A DNA stretch of 64,000 bases from a virus. Positions within the stretch are counted from its first letter, which is position 1, and each line of letters starts with the position of its first letter. Under the pieces are notes generated by a model, which ran no database searches, had not been told where the DNA came from, and saw only the letters and a list, made by a program, of their open reading frames with translations. Where the stretch lies: positions 32,001 to 96,000 of IMG/VR virus record IMGVR_UViG_3300032224_001676. The stretch is one strand, 5' to 3'. The position numbers and the translations under genes were made by a program. Positions 26,398-35,881 of the stretch are shown here, in pieces.

Positions 26398-28099
26398 CTG
26401 ATAAGCGCTGTAAATTATCTCCTCTCAGTACTGATTCAGTACGTAGATAATATAATGTTTTAATTCCTAGTTTATGAGCTTCTTTATGTACCTGGCTAAT
26501 CCATTTTGGGGTATCATTTGGGTCAAAGCATAAGTTTAATGAAATAGCTTGGTCTACATATTCTTGTCTAACACCATTTTGTCTTACAATTTCTAATTGG
26601 TTGATTTCTTTAAATGTCAAAAATACTTCTTTTTCTTCATCAGTTAAAATATAAGAAGGTACATTAATAACTGAGCCTTGATCTTTTAAGATCTGATCCC
26701 AAACGCTATCAATATTATATCCTTTAGTTTCAAGTAATTCTTCTAATATTTTATTACGCTTAATGAATACACCTTTTGCTGTTTTTAGATTATAAACATT
26801 AGCAGGAATAGGTTCAATTGAAGGTGATACACCTCCTGAAATATGTGCATTTGACACTGTAGGTGCAATTGCTAGATGGTGAGTATGTCTCATGCCTGTT
26901 CCCTTACACCATTCTGGCTCACCATATAATTCCGCTTGGTCACGAGATGCTTTTAAAGCGCCTCTTTCAATAAAGTCAGATATCATTCTTGTATAGGCAG
27001 TCGCTTGAATACCTACAAACGGTAAATTCTTTGATTGTAAAAACGTATGCCATCCTAAAACACCAATCCCAATTGCTCTACCTTTAGTAGCTGAGCGAAC
27101 TGTGTTTTCCATAAATTTTATATTCTTAGCTCTGTCAATAAATTCTTGTAATACGCCTTCTAAAAACCAACAAGTTAACTCAGGTAATGTCATCCCATTC
27201 TCAAATGTATAGTCTTTCCATTCATCCCAGCGAGCTAAGTTTAAAGATGATAAACAACAAATAAATGAATGTAACTCATCTGTATATAATGAGATCTCAG
27301 AACATATATTAGTCATTGATACGTGTAAGTTATTCTTAGTATAAGCTAGTGGGTTAGCATTATTAACATTGTCCTCAAACATAATATAAGGTTCACCTGT
27401 TTCAAGACGTGTTTTTAATATTTCACCCCACAACTTTATTGCTTTAGGATCTTTATTCTCCAAATCAGCCATAAATGTGTCATCAATAACAACACATTGA
27501 TGTAAATTTAAACATTGGCGGTTAACATCACCTTTTGGTCTACGAATTTGTAAAAACTCTTCAATATCAGGATGAGTAATATTTAAGTTAACTGATGCTG
27601 CTCCTCTACGAACACTACCTTGATTAGTAGCTAAAATAGTTGAGTCGTAGATTTTAGCCCACGGAACAATACCCTCAGACACACCATTATCTTTAATTGC
27701 TTTACCTCGACCTCTAATGCGAGATAAACCAATACCAACCCCACCACCTTGAGATGATAACCTCATTAATTCAGAATTAGCGTCGGCAATACCTTCAATA
27801 CTATCTCCAACATCAATACCAAAGCATGAAATAGGCATTCCACGTTCTGTACCTAAATTTGATAATACTGGTGATGCTAAACATAGCCAATTTTTAACTA
27901 TTGCCTCATAAAAGAATGGTTGTAAATCTTTACGCTTTAATCTACGCGCTGAGGATTTAGTTACTCTTTTATAGGCGTCGAATACGTCTTCATCAGGCAG
28001 TAAATATCCTTTAGATATCATACTAACCGCTATTTCATCCATCCATTCAGGGTAATTTTTACCCTTGATCCATTTACTTGTGTCCACTTGTATACTCAT
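26375..28099 (-). CDS. nrdA: Ribonucleotide reductase class Ia alpha subunit
   Basis: PISCF, GGGVG, TNICSEI, IAPT, TLYYLR and C-terminal CxxC. Confidence 0.97.
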   Translation of the reverse strand: MSIQVDTSKWIKGKNYPEWMDEIAVSMISKGYLLPDEDVFDAYKRVTKSSARRLKRKDLQPFFYEAIVKNWLCLASPVLSNLGTERGMPISCFGIDVGDSIEGIADANSELMRLSSQGGGVGIGLSRIRGRGKAIKDNGVSEGIVPWAKIYDSTILATNQGSVRRGAASVNLNITHPDIEEFLQIRRPKGDVNRQCLNLHQCVVIDDTFMADLENKDPKAIKLWGEILKTRLETGEPYIMFEDNVNNANPLAYTKNNLHVSMTNICSEISLYTDELHSFICCLSSLNLARWDEWKDYTFENGMTLPELTCWFLEGVLQEFIDRAKNIKFMENTVRSATKGRAIGIGVLGWHTFLQSKNLPFVGIQATAYTRMISDFIERGALKASRDQAELYGEPEWCKGTGMRHTHHLAIAPTVSNAHISGGVSPSIEPIPANVYNLKTAKGVFIKRNKILEELLETKGYNIDSVWDQILKDQGSVINVPSYILTDEEKEVFLTFKEINQLEIVRQNGVRQEYVDQAISLNLCFDPNDTPKWISQVHKEAHKLGIKTLYYLRTESVLRGDNLQRLSECISCEG

Positions 28100-28109
28100 T
28101 TTTTATATT

Positions 28110-29060
28110 TTATAAATCGTCCCAATCTGCTGTTGATTTTGAATAACTTGTTACTCTTCCTGCAAAGAAATCTTGGTGTGTTTTACCACTTGTTAAATGA
28201 CCAAACCACTCAATTTGTTTTAGTAAGTTTGGGTCAATGTCATTATAAATTGCAGTGTAACCTAATTCTATCATTTTTTCATTAGCTCGTGCTTTAATGA
28301 AGTTCTTTAATTGATCAACATTTAACCCATCAACAGCTCCCATCTCAAATGCCTTATCAATAAAATCAAATTCTAATTGTACTGATGTTTGGCATGCTTC
28401 TATTACTGTATATCTTAATTTGTTAGTATTTAGTTCGGGTTGTTCTTCAAGTAATGTTCTAAACAGCCAACATCCTGCTTTAGAATGTAATGATTCATCT
28501 CTAACACTCCATTCAACAATCTGACCTGTTCCTTTCATTAAGTTTCTTAATTGGAAACTCATTAATATAGCAAACGAACTAAATAAATTTACTCCTTCAG
28601 TAAATGCTGAGAATATAGCTAATGATAATGCTCTTTCTTCTAATGTCTCACCTGGTGTCTCGATTAAACGCTCAATTTTCGCTTTTGATGTTTCGTCTTC
28701 TAGGAATGCTTGAAAATCATCTAAACCTAATTCTTCATTTAAGCGAGCGTATGCTTCAGCATGAATTGATTCAAAATCAGCAAATACACGAGCCATAGCT
28801 TGTATTTCAGGTTTTGGGAACCACATTGATACTTTTGTTGACCAATAATCATTTACATGAACCTCAGTTTGAGCAAATGACTTTAATATGTTTCCAATTA
28901 AATTCTTTTCAGGTTCGGTTAATTTTCCTTTCCAGTCACCTAAATCAGATGCTAATGGAACTTCATCTGCTAACCAATGTACGCGATGTTGATCTTTATA
29001 GAAATCAAACGCTTGTTGATATTCAAACGGTTTATAAAATAATCTTGGGTCAGTTATCAT
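28110..29060 (-). CDS. nrdB: Ribonucleotide reductase beta subunit
   Basis: ESIHAEAY, TEGVNLFSSF, RDESLH, DFF..RVTSY. Confidence 0.97.
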   Translation of the reverse strand: MITDPRLFYKPFEYQQAFDFYKDQHRVHWLADEVPLASDLGDWKGKLTEPEKNLIGNILKSFAQTEVHVNDYWSTKVSMWFPKPEIQAMARVFADFESIHAEAYARLNEELGLDDFQAFLEDETSKAKIERLIETPGETLEERALSLAIFSAFTEGVNLFSSFAILMSFQLRNLMKGTGQIVEWSVRDESLHSKAGCWLFRTLLEEQPELNTNKLRYTVIEACQTSVQLEFDFIDKAFEMGAVDGLNVDQLKNFIKARANEKMIELGYTAIYNDIDPNLLKQIEWFGHLTSGKTHQDFFAGRVTSYSKSTADWDDL

Positions 29061-30427
29061 TTTTTATTGTTTAATTCGAAAAATTTCTGTTGTAATGTAC
29101 TTCTATCTAAATTGTTAATGTCTGTGAAACTATTAACTGGTTTAGAAGGATTGAATTGTTCCGCTTCCTCATCATAGTCTTCAAAAATTTCAAAATGACC
29201 TGTTGATGTATCTACTTTAGCACCAAATGTCATTCCGTCACCCCCATATCTATTTTTCATAATATGGAATCGACCAGTGCCTGCTACTTTATCTTCTTTT
29301 TTACGGGATAATGATATGGAGATATCTGTGATCATAATTTTGTCGTAGCTTCCTGCTGCTTTATCTCCTTCAATAATGTCATCTTTAGCACCTGCTCTGT
29401 TTACTTGTGATACACTCCAAACTGGTATTTTAAGTTCACGAGCAAGACCTTTAGTGCTAACATAAATATCATCTATCTCTTCTTTACGCTCACGATTGTT
29501 TCTTTTTGATCGAAGAAGATCTACATAATCGATAATAATTAAATCTGGTTTAAAATCTTGGTCTATACATTTTTGTATATGTGCTTCTATTGTAGAAATT
29601 GATGCTTTACCAGGTGAGTACTCTTTAATGACTAAATTACCAGGTAAATCAACTATAGTTTCTTCTACTTTATTTTTAAAATCAGTTATAAGATTAACTG
29701 GTACCCCTGTAAAGCAGGCATCATATCTTCTTCCAACATAATCTTCACCTAATTCTAGAGTATAATGTATAACATTAAATCCTAATCTAACAGCATGTGC
29801 TCCTAAAGCAATTAATGTCCATGATTTACCACCTCCAGGATTACCAAATATTAATCCAAAATCTCCAGGTCCAATACCTCCTTGGAACAATTTATTAAAT
29901 GCGTCCCAAGGTGTAGGTACAGCCATACGATGTTCTTCTCTATATCGAGTTTCAATATCTTTACTGTATTCCAATCCTAAATTTTTATCACCACCAGCTT
30001 TTAAAGCGTTGTCTACTAAATATCGAATTGAATCATAATCACCAGCGTCTAGTAGTTCTACTGAATTTAGTAATGCTTTTTTAAGTTGTTGGTTTTTGCA
30101 GAAATTAGAAAATTCTTCCTCTACATAAGCTAAATCATCATCAGATGCTTTGTATGCTTCCTTTAGCTGTTCTTTAATTGATATTTGTAATATTTCATTA
30201 TCAATTCTTTTTAATTCTATTTTTAATACCTCCATACTAGGTGTAGAGTGGTATTTGTCGTAGTATTTTAAAATTTCCTTAATAACCCATTTATGTGCTT
30301 GATTATCAAAATAATCTTCACTGATTATATCATGGATATTCACTAAGAACTCTTTATGGGTCAATAAAGATGATATTACTTTAATTTGAAAATGCGTCCC
30401 ATACTGGGAAAGTGTACTTAATGTCAT
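29057..30427 (-). CDS. Replicative DNA helicase (gp41/DnaB-like)
   Basis: GNPGGGKS, YTLEL, IIDYVDLL, SVSQVNR, KNRYG. Confidence 0.95.
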   Translation of the reverse strand: MTLSTLSQYGTHFQIKVISSLLTHKEFLVNIHDIISEDYFDNQAHKWVIKEILKYYDKYHSTPSMEVLKIELKRIDNEILQISIKEQLKEAYKASDDDLAYVEEEFSNFCKNQQLKKALLNSVELLDAGDYDSIRYLVDNALKAGGDKNLGLEYSKDIETRYREEHRMAVPTPWDAFNKLFQGGIGPGDFGLIFGNPGGGKSWTLIALGAHAVRLGFNVIHYTLELGEDYVGRRYDACFTGVPVNLITDFKNKVEETIVDLPGNLVIKEYSPGKASISTIEAHIQKCIDQDFKPDLIIIDYVDLLRSKRNNRERKEEIDDIYVSTKGLARELKIPVWSVSQVNRAGAKDDIIEGDKAAGSYDKIMITDISISLSRKKEDKVAGTGRFHIMKNRYGGDGMTFGAKVDTSTGHFEIFEDYDEEAEQFNPSKPVNSFTDINNLDRSTLQQKFFELNNKK

Positions 30428-30435
30428 AACTTTTA

Positions 30436-31491
30436 TTATTTAAAACTGCTTAATACTTTGAATGTCTCTTTTATCCAATAATCAATATTTTTTAAAACAT
30501 TAACTAAACCATCTTCATGATATAGATTTAAAAATTCTTTAGTTTTTAAATTAAATGGTCTAGCTTCTATTAATTCTTGTATAATTTCTTTCTCCTCATC
30601 ATCCATTAATGGGTGACTCAAATCCATTATTTTATAGTTATTTTTTATTGAATCACTGTTAAATATTACTCTAGAATATATAACATTGTCCTTATATTTG
30701 GTTTCACTAATGTTAAATATGTCTTCTAATACTAAATCTTCTTCAGCTAATTCAGGAAATAATTTAAATAATTTTTTAGGGCCTAATCCTTGCACTCCTG
30801 GTATTTTATCTGAATTATCACCCATTAATGTCTTATATAATATAAAGTTTTTAGGTGATAAGCCAAATTTATCTTTTACTGTTTTTGGAGTATAATACTC
30901 TTTAACCATAGGGCTATAAACAGTTATATTGTCAGTAACTAATTGTAAAAAATCTTTATCTGCGGATACTATAACGCATTTAGATTGGTATTTTTTGGTT
31001 ATATATTGTGATAAATAAGCGATAATGTCGTCTGCCTCGACTTTATCGAGAGATATTACTTTGATGGGTAAACACCGTAGATAATGAATTAACCTAGATA
31101 TTTGGTTAGCTTTAGAATCTTGTTCATCATCTATATTATCAAACGCATCATAGTTAGTTATTTGTTTAATGTTCCTACCTGATTTATATTCGGGGAGTAA
31201 GTTCTTTCTGTTAACAGAAGAACCAACTCCGTCGAATACAATATATACAGATGTAGGTTTATTTTGGTTTATTAGAAACCCTAATGATCTTAAAAAACCT
31301 CCAAGTCCTCCAATATGAACACCTTCTTGATTAATATAATTTAATACAGCAAAATTTCTTAAAAATAAATTTAAACCATCTATAATTAATACTCTATCAT
31401 GTTTATTAAACGTAGCTTCTTTTTCAGATTCTTGGGTAACATTTTCTAATAACTTAAATAAATCTTTTTTATTCATCTTAATCCTCTTCAA
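30436..31491 (-). CDS. 5'-3' exonuclease / T4 RNase H-like flap nuclease
   Basis: IIDGLN, VFDG, YKSGR, EADDIIA, SADKDFLQL, GDNSDKIPGV.GLGPK. Confidence 0.93.
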   Translation of the reverse strand: MKRIKMNKKDLFKLLENVTQESEKEATFNKHDRVLIIDGLNLFLRNFAVLNYINQEGVHIGGLGGFLRSLGFLINQNKPTSVYIVFDGVGSSVNRKNLLPEYKSGRNIKQITNYDAFDNIDDEQDSKANQISRLIHYLRCLPIKVISLDKVEADDIIAYLSQYITKKYQSKCVIVSADKDFLQLVTDNITVYSPMVKEYYTPKTVKDKFGLSPKNFILYKTLMGDNSDKIPGVQGLGPKKLFKLFPELAEEDLVLEDIFNISETKYKDNVIYSRVIFNSDSIKNNYKIMDLSHPLMDDEEKEIIQELIEARPFNLKTKEFLNLYHEDGLVNVLKNIDYWIKETFKVLSSFK

Positions 31492-32560
31492 TTAGTGTTA
31501 TAGCCTCTTTGCTTTCTTCCCATTCTGAGGTGTCTTCAATAAGGTCTACTTCAACACTTCCTAAAATGTCAACCCATTCATTAGCATGTTTTTTCTTATA
31601 TTCATTAATTTCGTTTTCATTAATAAATCCATGAATAGTAGCTATAACAGTACTTTTTGTTTGTAACCCAGTAACGTGATTCTTATCACAAGCTACTTTT
31701 GTTCTAACAGCAAACTCAACCTCCTTACCGTTTTTAGTTGCTTTAATTTTGCTTGTACCACTATTAGTAATATTACCAAATGTTAATACAATTGAAGCGT
31801 CTAAAAACATAGTTTCACCGTTTTTCATTTTCATTTTTGGTTGAGACATAATTGTCTCAGCTGGTGCAACCCAAATCTTGTTAATTGCTACCATTGAATT
31901 AGTATAAGGTGATGTTTCTTTTCTTGATAATGGGAAACGTTGATTAATAAAATTACCAAACTGTTGTGACATTGCGCCTGCATTCCACATTGGGTTGTTT
32001 TTATTTGCTTCAACACTCATCTTACAAGGTATAGAACCAATTGAATCCCAGAAGAAACATAAATCATAAGGTAAATTACCTTTCTTTTGTTCATCTAATA
32101 GATCAGCTATAAACCCTGCTACATCTTCAATCGTTCCTAATGAACTTCTATCAATGTATAAGAAAAATCCTTTATAGTCTATAACTTCTCCAGTTGTTTC
32201 GTCAACTACATCTTCAACTTGAAAACCCATTTGTTTAGCGTGTTCCCAAGACCATTTCATCTCTGTAATGATAAAAACTGGCAAAATGCCCATTTTCTGG
32301 GCATTGATTGCTAGTTCTAGTAATGCAGTGGTTTTACCTGTATTACTGTGTCCTCTTAACAAAGTGATATGGCCTATAGGAGCTCCAGGCACTGAGATTG
32401 ATTCTTGTAGTGCTTTTGAAAACGGAATCCAAGTTTGTTCTTTAAACTTAACATTTGTGTTTAACAGCTTTTTCTCTTTGAATTTGTCTAAGCTAAAATT
32501 AGCTTTCATTTCAGCGGAGACAGCAGCCGTCAACGATGTTGATTTTTTAGTTTTGGCCAT
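31478..32560 (-). CDS. RecA/UvsX-like recombinase
   Basis: GHSNTGKT, WDSIGS; lies between SSB and RNase H. Confidence 0.88.
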   Translation of the reverse strand: MAKTKKSTSLTAAVSAEMKANFSLDKFKEKKLLNTNVKFKEQTWIPFSKALQESISVPGAPIGHITLLRGHSNTGKTTALLELAINAQKMGILPVFIITEMKWSWEHAKQMGFQVEDVVDETTGEVIDYKGFFLYIDRSSLGTIEDVAGFIADLLDEQKKGNLPYDLCFFWDSIGSIPCKMSVEANKNNPMWNAGAMSQQFGNFINQRFPLSRKETSPYTNSMVAINKIWVAPAETIMSQPKMKMKNGETMFLDASIVLTFGNITNSGTSKIKATKNGKEVEFAVRTKVACDKNHVTGLQTKSTVIATIHGFINENEINEYKKKHANEWVDILGSVEVDLIEDTSEWEESKEAITLIEED

Positions 32561-32574
32561 AATTTATTTTTATT

Positions 32575-33462
32575 TTAGAATGGTGAACCTTCTCCTTCTT
32601 CTTCTTCGTCGTCAAATAAAGAGTCAAATTTATCAGCTTTACTCATAGGTTTAGCAGGAGTTTTAAGGCTGTAATTTGATTTTGGTTCTGGTTTTGCTTT
32701 AGCTAGAATTGGATCTTCAGTTGGTGCTTCAGTTGGTGTTTCAACTGGTACGTCTTCTTCTTCCTCCTCCTCGTCAATATCATCTTCTGCTTCTTCAGGT
32801 GCTAACCAATTTTGTAGAATTTCTTTTAGAGCATCAAAATCCATTTTACGTTGTAACTCTAAAACACTTGGTTGTTCTGTTAGACAATTTTTAACATAAT
32901 CAGCGTCATCACTTAATTTTGATGTTTTAGGTTTAACACGAATTGATGATTTTAATCCTTGACGACCACCAATGTCACCTGTTACTACATCAACTGTAAA
33001 GTCACGGCCCTCGTTAATGTCAGTGAAATCTCCATAATCCTCATCCTCTGCAATACCAAGTAATTGCATATAAATTTCTTTTCCAAATTCCCAAAGGCGA
33101 ACACCTTTCTCTTCTTCTCCTCTAACAACTACAGGAGCGAATACTCTCATTTTAGGATCTAATTTCTTAGCTAAGCTCCAATTTTCTTTGTCTTGTGTTC
33201 CACGAAGTTGTTTTGCGAATTCAACAATTGGGTCTTTTTCACCCCAGTTAGTTAAAGCATAGATTGGGAATTTTGAGAACCCGTAGTGAACGAACACTTC
33301 TTGAAATGGGTTACTTTTGTCTAAGATCGAAGGCACGATTCGGATTTGATATTTACCTTCTGATTTTGGTTTCCAAAGATGTTTGGAATAATCAACTTTT
33401 TCTTTCTTTTGCCCAGCTGATTGTAAGGCATTCAGTCTTTGTTTGATTGCTTTGATGTCCAT
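32575..33462 (-). CDS. Single-stranded DNA-binding protein (gp32-like)
   Basis: WKP..G.YQIRIVP, LWEFGKEIY, EGRDF, acidic tail ending SPF. Confidence 0.88.
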   Translation of the reverse strand: MDIKAIKQRLNALQSAGQKKEKVDYSKHLWKPKSEGKYQIRIVPSILDKSNPFQEVFVHYGFSKFPIYALTNWGEKDPIVEFAKQLRGTQDKENWSLAKKLDPKMRVFAPVVVRGEEEKGVRLWEFGKEIYMQLLGIAEDEDYGDFTDINEGRDFTVDVVTGDIGGRQGLKSSIRVKPKTSKLSDDADYVKNCLTEQPSVLELQRKMDFDALKEILQNWLAPEEAEDDIDEEEEEEDVPVETPTEAPTEDPILAKAKPEPKSNYSLKTPAKPMSKADKFDSLFDDEEEEGEGSPF

Positions 33463-33483
33463 AGCGTTTATTTATTTATTTAT

Positions 33484-33514
33484 TAAAGATACGAATTATA
33501 TAAGAGAGGCCAAG
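33484..33514 (-). promoter_or_regulatory. Bacteroidota-type -33/-7 promoter
   Basis: CTTG-N19-TATCTTTA before the SSB gene. Confidence 0.65.
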
Positions 33515-33570
33515 TTTAGCTATCGAAGCTTTTAAAATCCTCATAAGAAAATTCTTTTATGTAAGTACGC

Positions 33571-34035
33571 TTAAAGTTCTATTATGCTGTGTATTTTTGT
33601 GTTGAATTGTTTTATTTCATTGCTTTGTGTTAATAATATACAATTTTTATAATGGTGCCAATTTACTTTGTAAGATACATCTACAACACCACCATTTAAC
33701 TTTTTAATTAATTCGTTAAGAGCGTTTATTGTGTATAAAGTATTAGTTTCTTTTTTACGATGTACTAGAATAGTATTTAATGGAATTTCGCTGATGTTAG
33801 ATTCATCAACGTTATATGTTAAAACGTATTCATTTGTGCTTTTAATATATAGCACAAACAATTTGTTATACATAATTTTGTAAGATGTGGTTATGTTTTG
33901 TACCAACCCATCAAGATCAACATCATCCGTAAAAGTACAAAACAACTTATTTGTCATATCTAGTGAAAAATCTATGAAATTACCATTCATATCATAAATA
34001 TTAGGGGATCTTTCAAAAGTTGTAATCATTTCCAT
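33571..34035 (-). CDS. Hypothetical phage protein
   Basis: KLFCTFT..HRKKETNTLYTINALN; start may be 33990 given ATATTTAT at 33994-34001. Confidence 0.7.
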   Translation of the reverse strand: MEMITTFERSPNIYDMNGNFIDFSLDMTNKLFCTFTDDVDLDGLVQNITTSYKIMYNKLFVLYIKSTNEYVLTYNVDESNISEIPLNTILVHRKKETNTLYTINALNELIKKLNGGVVDVSYKVNWHHYKNCILLTQSNEIKQFNTKIHSIIEL

Positions 34036-35269
34036 AACTTAATTTAACATTTAATTTTAATTTTTTGAATATAGATAATATTTCTTCCAACAACACATCT
34101 TCTTCATCTTTATCCATATCAAATAAAAACGAATCATAAGTATATAACACTATTTGACTTTTTTTACCAATTAATAACCTATGAATTTTTAACAATATAC
34201 CAACATTAGTTGATGTCTCCAAATTTTGAAGCATATAGTTAAATAATTTTTGAGGATTCATGTTAGGCAATTGATTATTAAAACAATAACCTGAGATTGG
34301 TACAGTAACTTCGCCTAAGGTATTAAATATTTCCCAGTTATTATTTATAAACTCTGTTGTCTTTTGGAAGAATTCAAGATGTTTATACTCGTCAAATACA
34401 CCTCCATATAACTGTTTAAACGTTAATTCTTTTGCTTTAGCATAATCTACCCCATACATTTCAGCAAAAGCAGCATGAATATCAGGTACATTAAAGTTGT
34501 AATTAACCAACTGTCCTGCAAGTGTTGGGTGATAAGCGGAGATATCGATTTCAATAAACTTATCATTTTTTGGTATAAAACTTTTACGCGCCCCATTTTC
34601 TTTATTTAAAGCAGCGAAATTAACCCCATTAAAACGGTTTGAAGGTCTTCGTGTTGTAGTAAGTAGGTTATATTGGGTGTATACTGTGTTATCATGTATA
34701 GAATACTGGGGGTGTTTAAGGTCATAGAACGCATTGAATTCGTTAGGATTTATTTTTATACCGTTTTTTTCAATTCCAAAAAATGCTAATATTGTTTTAT
34801 CTAAAAATTCATCTTTAGGTTGAATAGATATTTGTTTAAAATTTTCTTCATATGTTTCATAATGCTTGACTACAGGAATAATTCGGTTTATATCTTCTCT
34901 ATCACCAAATTTATTATAGTAATACGAATGGATTTTAGAACTGCTTTGTAATTCAAATTCAATATTTAATTGAATACATTTTTTTATTGGGAAATAATAT
35001 AAAAACGATTTTTTATCTCTAACATAAATATTATCAAAAGATTGTAATATGGTATTTATATGTTTTTCATTTATAGAAAATGTTTCAGTATGGTTAACAC
35101 ATAACATATATCCTTTATTATCATCTAAAGATTTAATATATAATAAAGAAAGATGATTTATAGCAGGGTGAGTGTTGTTATTATAGGGAATAAGCTCTAC
35201 AAATACATTTTTGTATTCTTTAGAGTAAAATTCCAATAACTGATCTTTATTTTCTATAAGCCAAAACAT
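34013..35269 (-). CDS. Compact family A DNA polymerase-like protein
   Basis: TTTRRPS, EIDISAYHP (motif A), AKELTFKQLYG (motif B), LYTYDSFLFD (motif C). Confidence 0.85.
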   Translation of the reverse strand: MFWLIENKDQLLEFYSKEYKNVFVELIPYNNNTHPAINHLSLLYIKSLDDNKGYMLCVNHTETFSINEKHINTILQSFDNIYVRDKKSFLYYFPIKKCIQLNIEFELQSSSKIHSYYYNKFGDREDINRIIPVVKHYETYEENFKQISIQPKDEFLDKTILAFFGIEKNGIKINPNEFNAFYDLKHPQYSIHDNTVYTQYNLLTTTRRPSNRFNGVNFAALNKENGARKSFIPKNDKFIEIDISAYHPTLAGQLVNYNFNVPDIHAAFAEMYGVDYAKAKELTFKQLYGGVFDEYKHLEFFQKTTEFINNNWEIFNTLGEVTVPISGYCFNNQLPNMNPQKLFNYMLQNLETSTNVGILLKIHRLLIGKKSQIVLYTYDSFLFDMDKDEEDVLLEEILSIFKKLKLNVKLSYGNDYNF

Positions 35270-35284
35270 AACCTTTATTTATTG

Positions 35285-35315
35285 TAAATATAATAAAGAT
35301 TATAATATAACCAAA
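35285..35315 (-). promoter_or_regulatory. Bacteroidota-type -33/-7 promoter
   Basis: TTTG-N19-TATATTTA before the PolA-like gene. Confidence 0.65.
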
Positions 35316-35879
35316 TTATTTTTGAATTTGGGGTTTATAGTATTGAAGGTAATTTTCTTTTAAAAATATACCTAATCCTAAAACATCATTAGTTTTTTCA
35401 ACTAGTTTTGTTAATTCTAAATTAGACTTATATACTTCTTTTTCATTACCTGTTAATTTCCATTTTAAAGTTAAAGGTTGGTATAAATAATTATGACGAG
35501 TTTGTTGTGGGCTAGAAGTTTGAGAAAATGATTGATATGTAGATTTATTTATTTCTTCAAATATTAATTGATTAACTCGTTTTGTAAAATATCTAGTGAA
35601 ATATCCTCGTTTATAATCTTCATTAGTAGGAAAAATACCAAGAGCTGGGTTTTTAGCTAATTTTTCTTGTTTTATTCCGTTTCCGTCTGGGCCATAGTAG
35701 GGGAATATCCTGACACTGTTAGGGATGTCTCCACTAAATCGACCAGTGTATGCTTCTCCAGTATATAATTTATAATAATTCCCAGTGTAAAACCTGCCAC
35801 TATCATTAGGACTTAAAGTATATTCATTTCCTGGAGTATGTAGGTTAGATTGGATTTTATTTTTAGGTATGTATGGCAT
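35316..35879 (-). CDS. Hypothetical protein, last gene of the tail operon
   Basis: 187 aa, PTNEDYKRGYFTRYF. Confidence 0.65.
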   Translation of the reverse strand: MPYIPKNKIQSNLHTPGNEYTLSPNDSGRFYTGNYYKLYTGEAYTGRFSGDIPNSVRIFPYYGPDGNGIKQEKLAKNPALGIFPTNEDYKRGYFTRYFTKRVNQLIFEEINKSTYQSFSQTSSPQQTRHNYLYQPLTLKWKLTGNEKEVYKSNLELTKLVEKTNDVLGLGIFLKENYLQYYKPQIQK

Positions 35880-35881
35880 TA

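Noticed and set aside
33463-33570. Intergenic gap as a possible tRNA or ncRNA
   Set aside because: No cloverleaf or convincing stem; the gap holds the SSB promoter.
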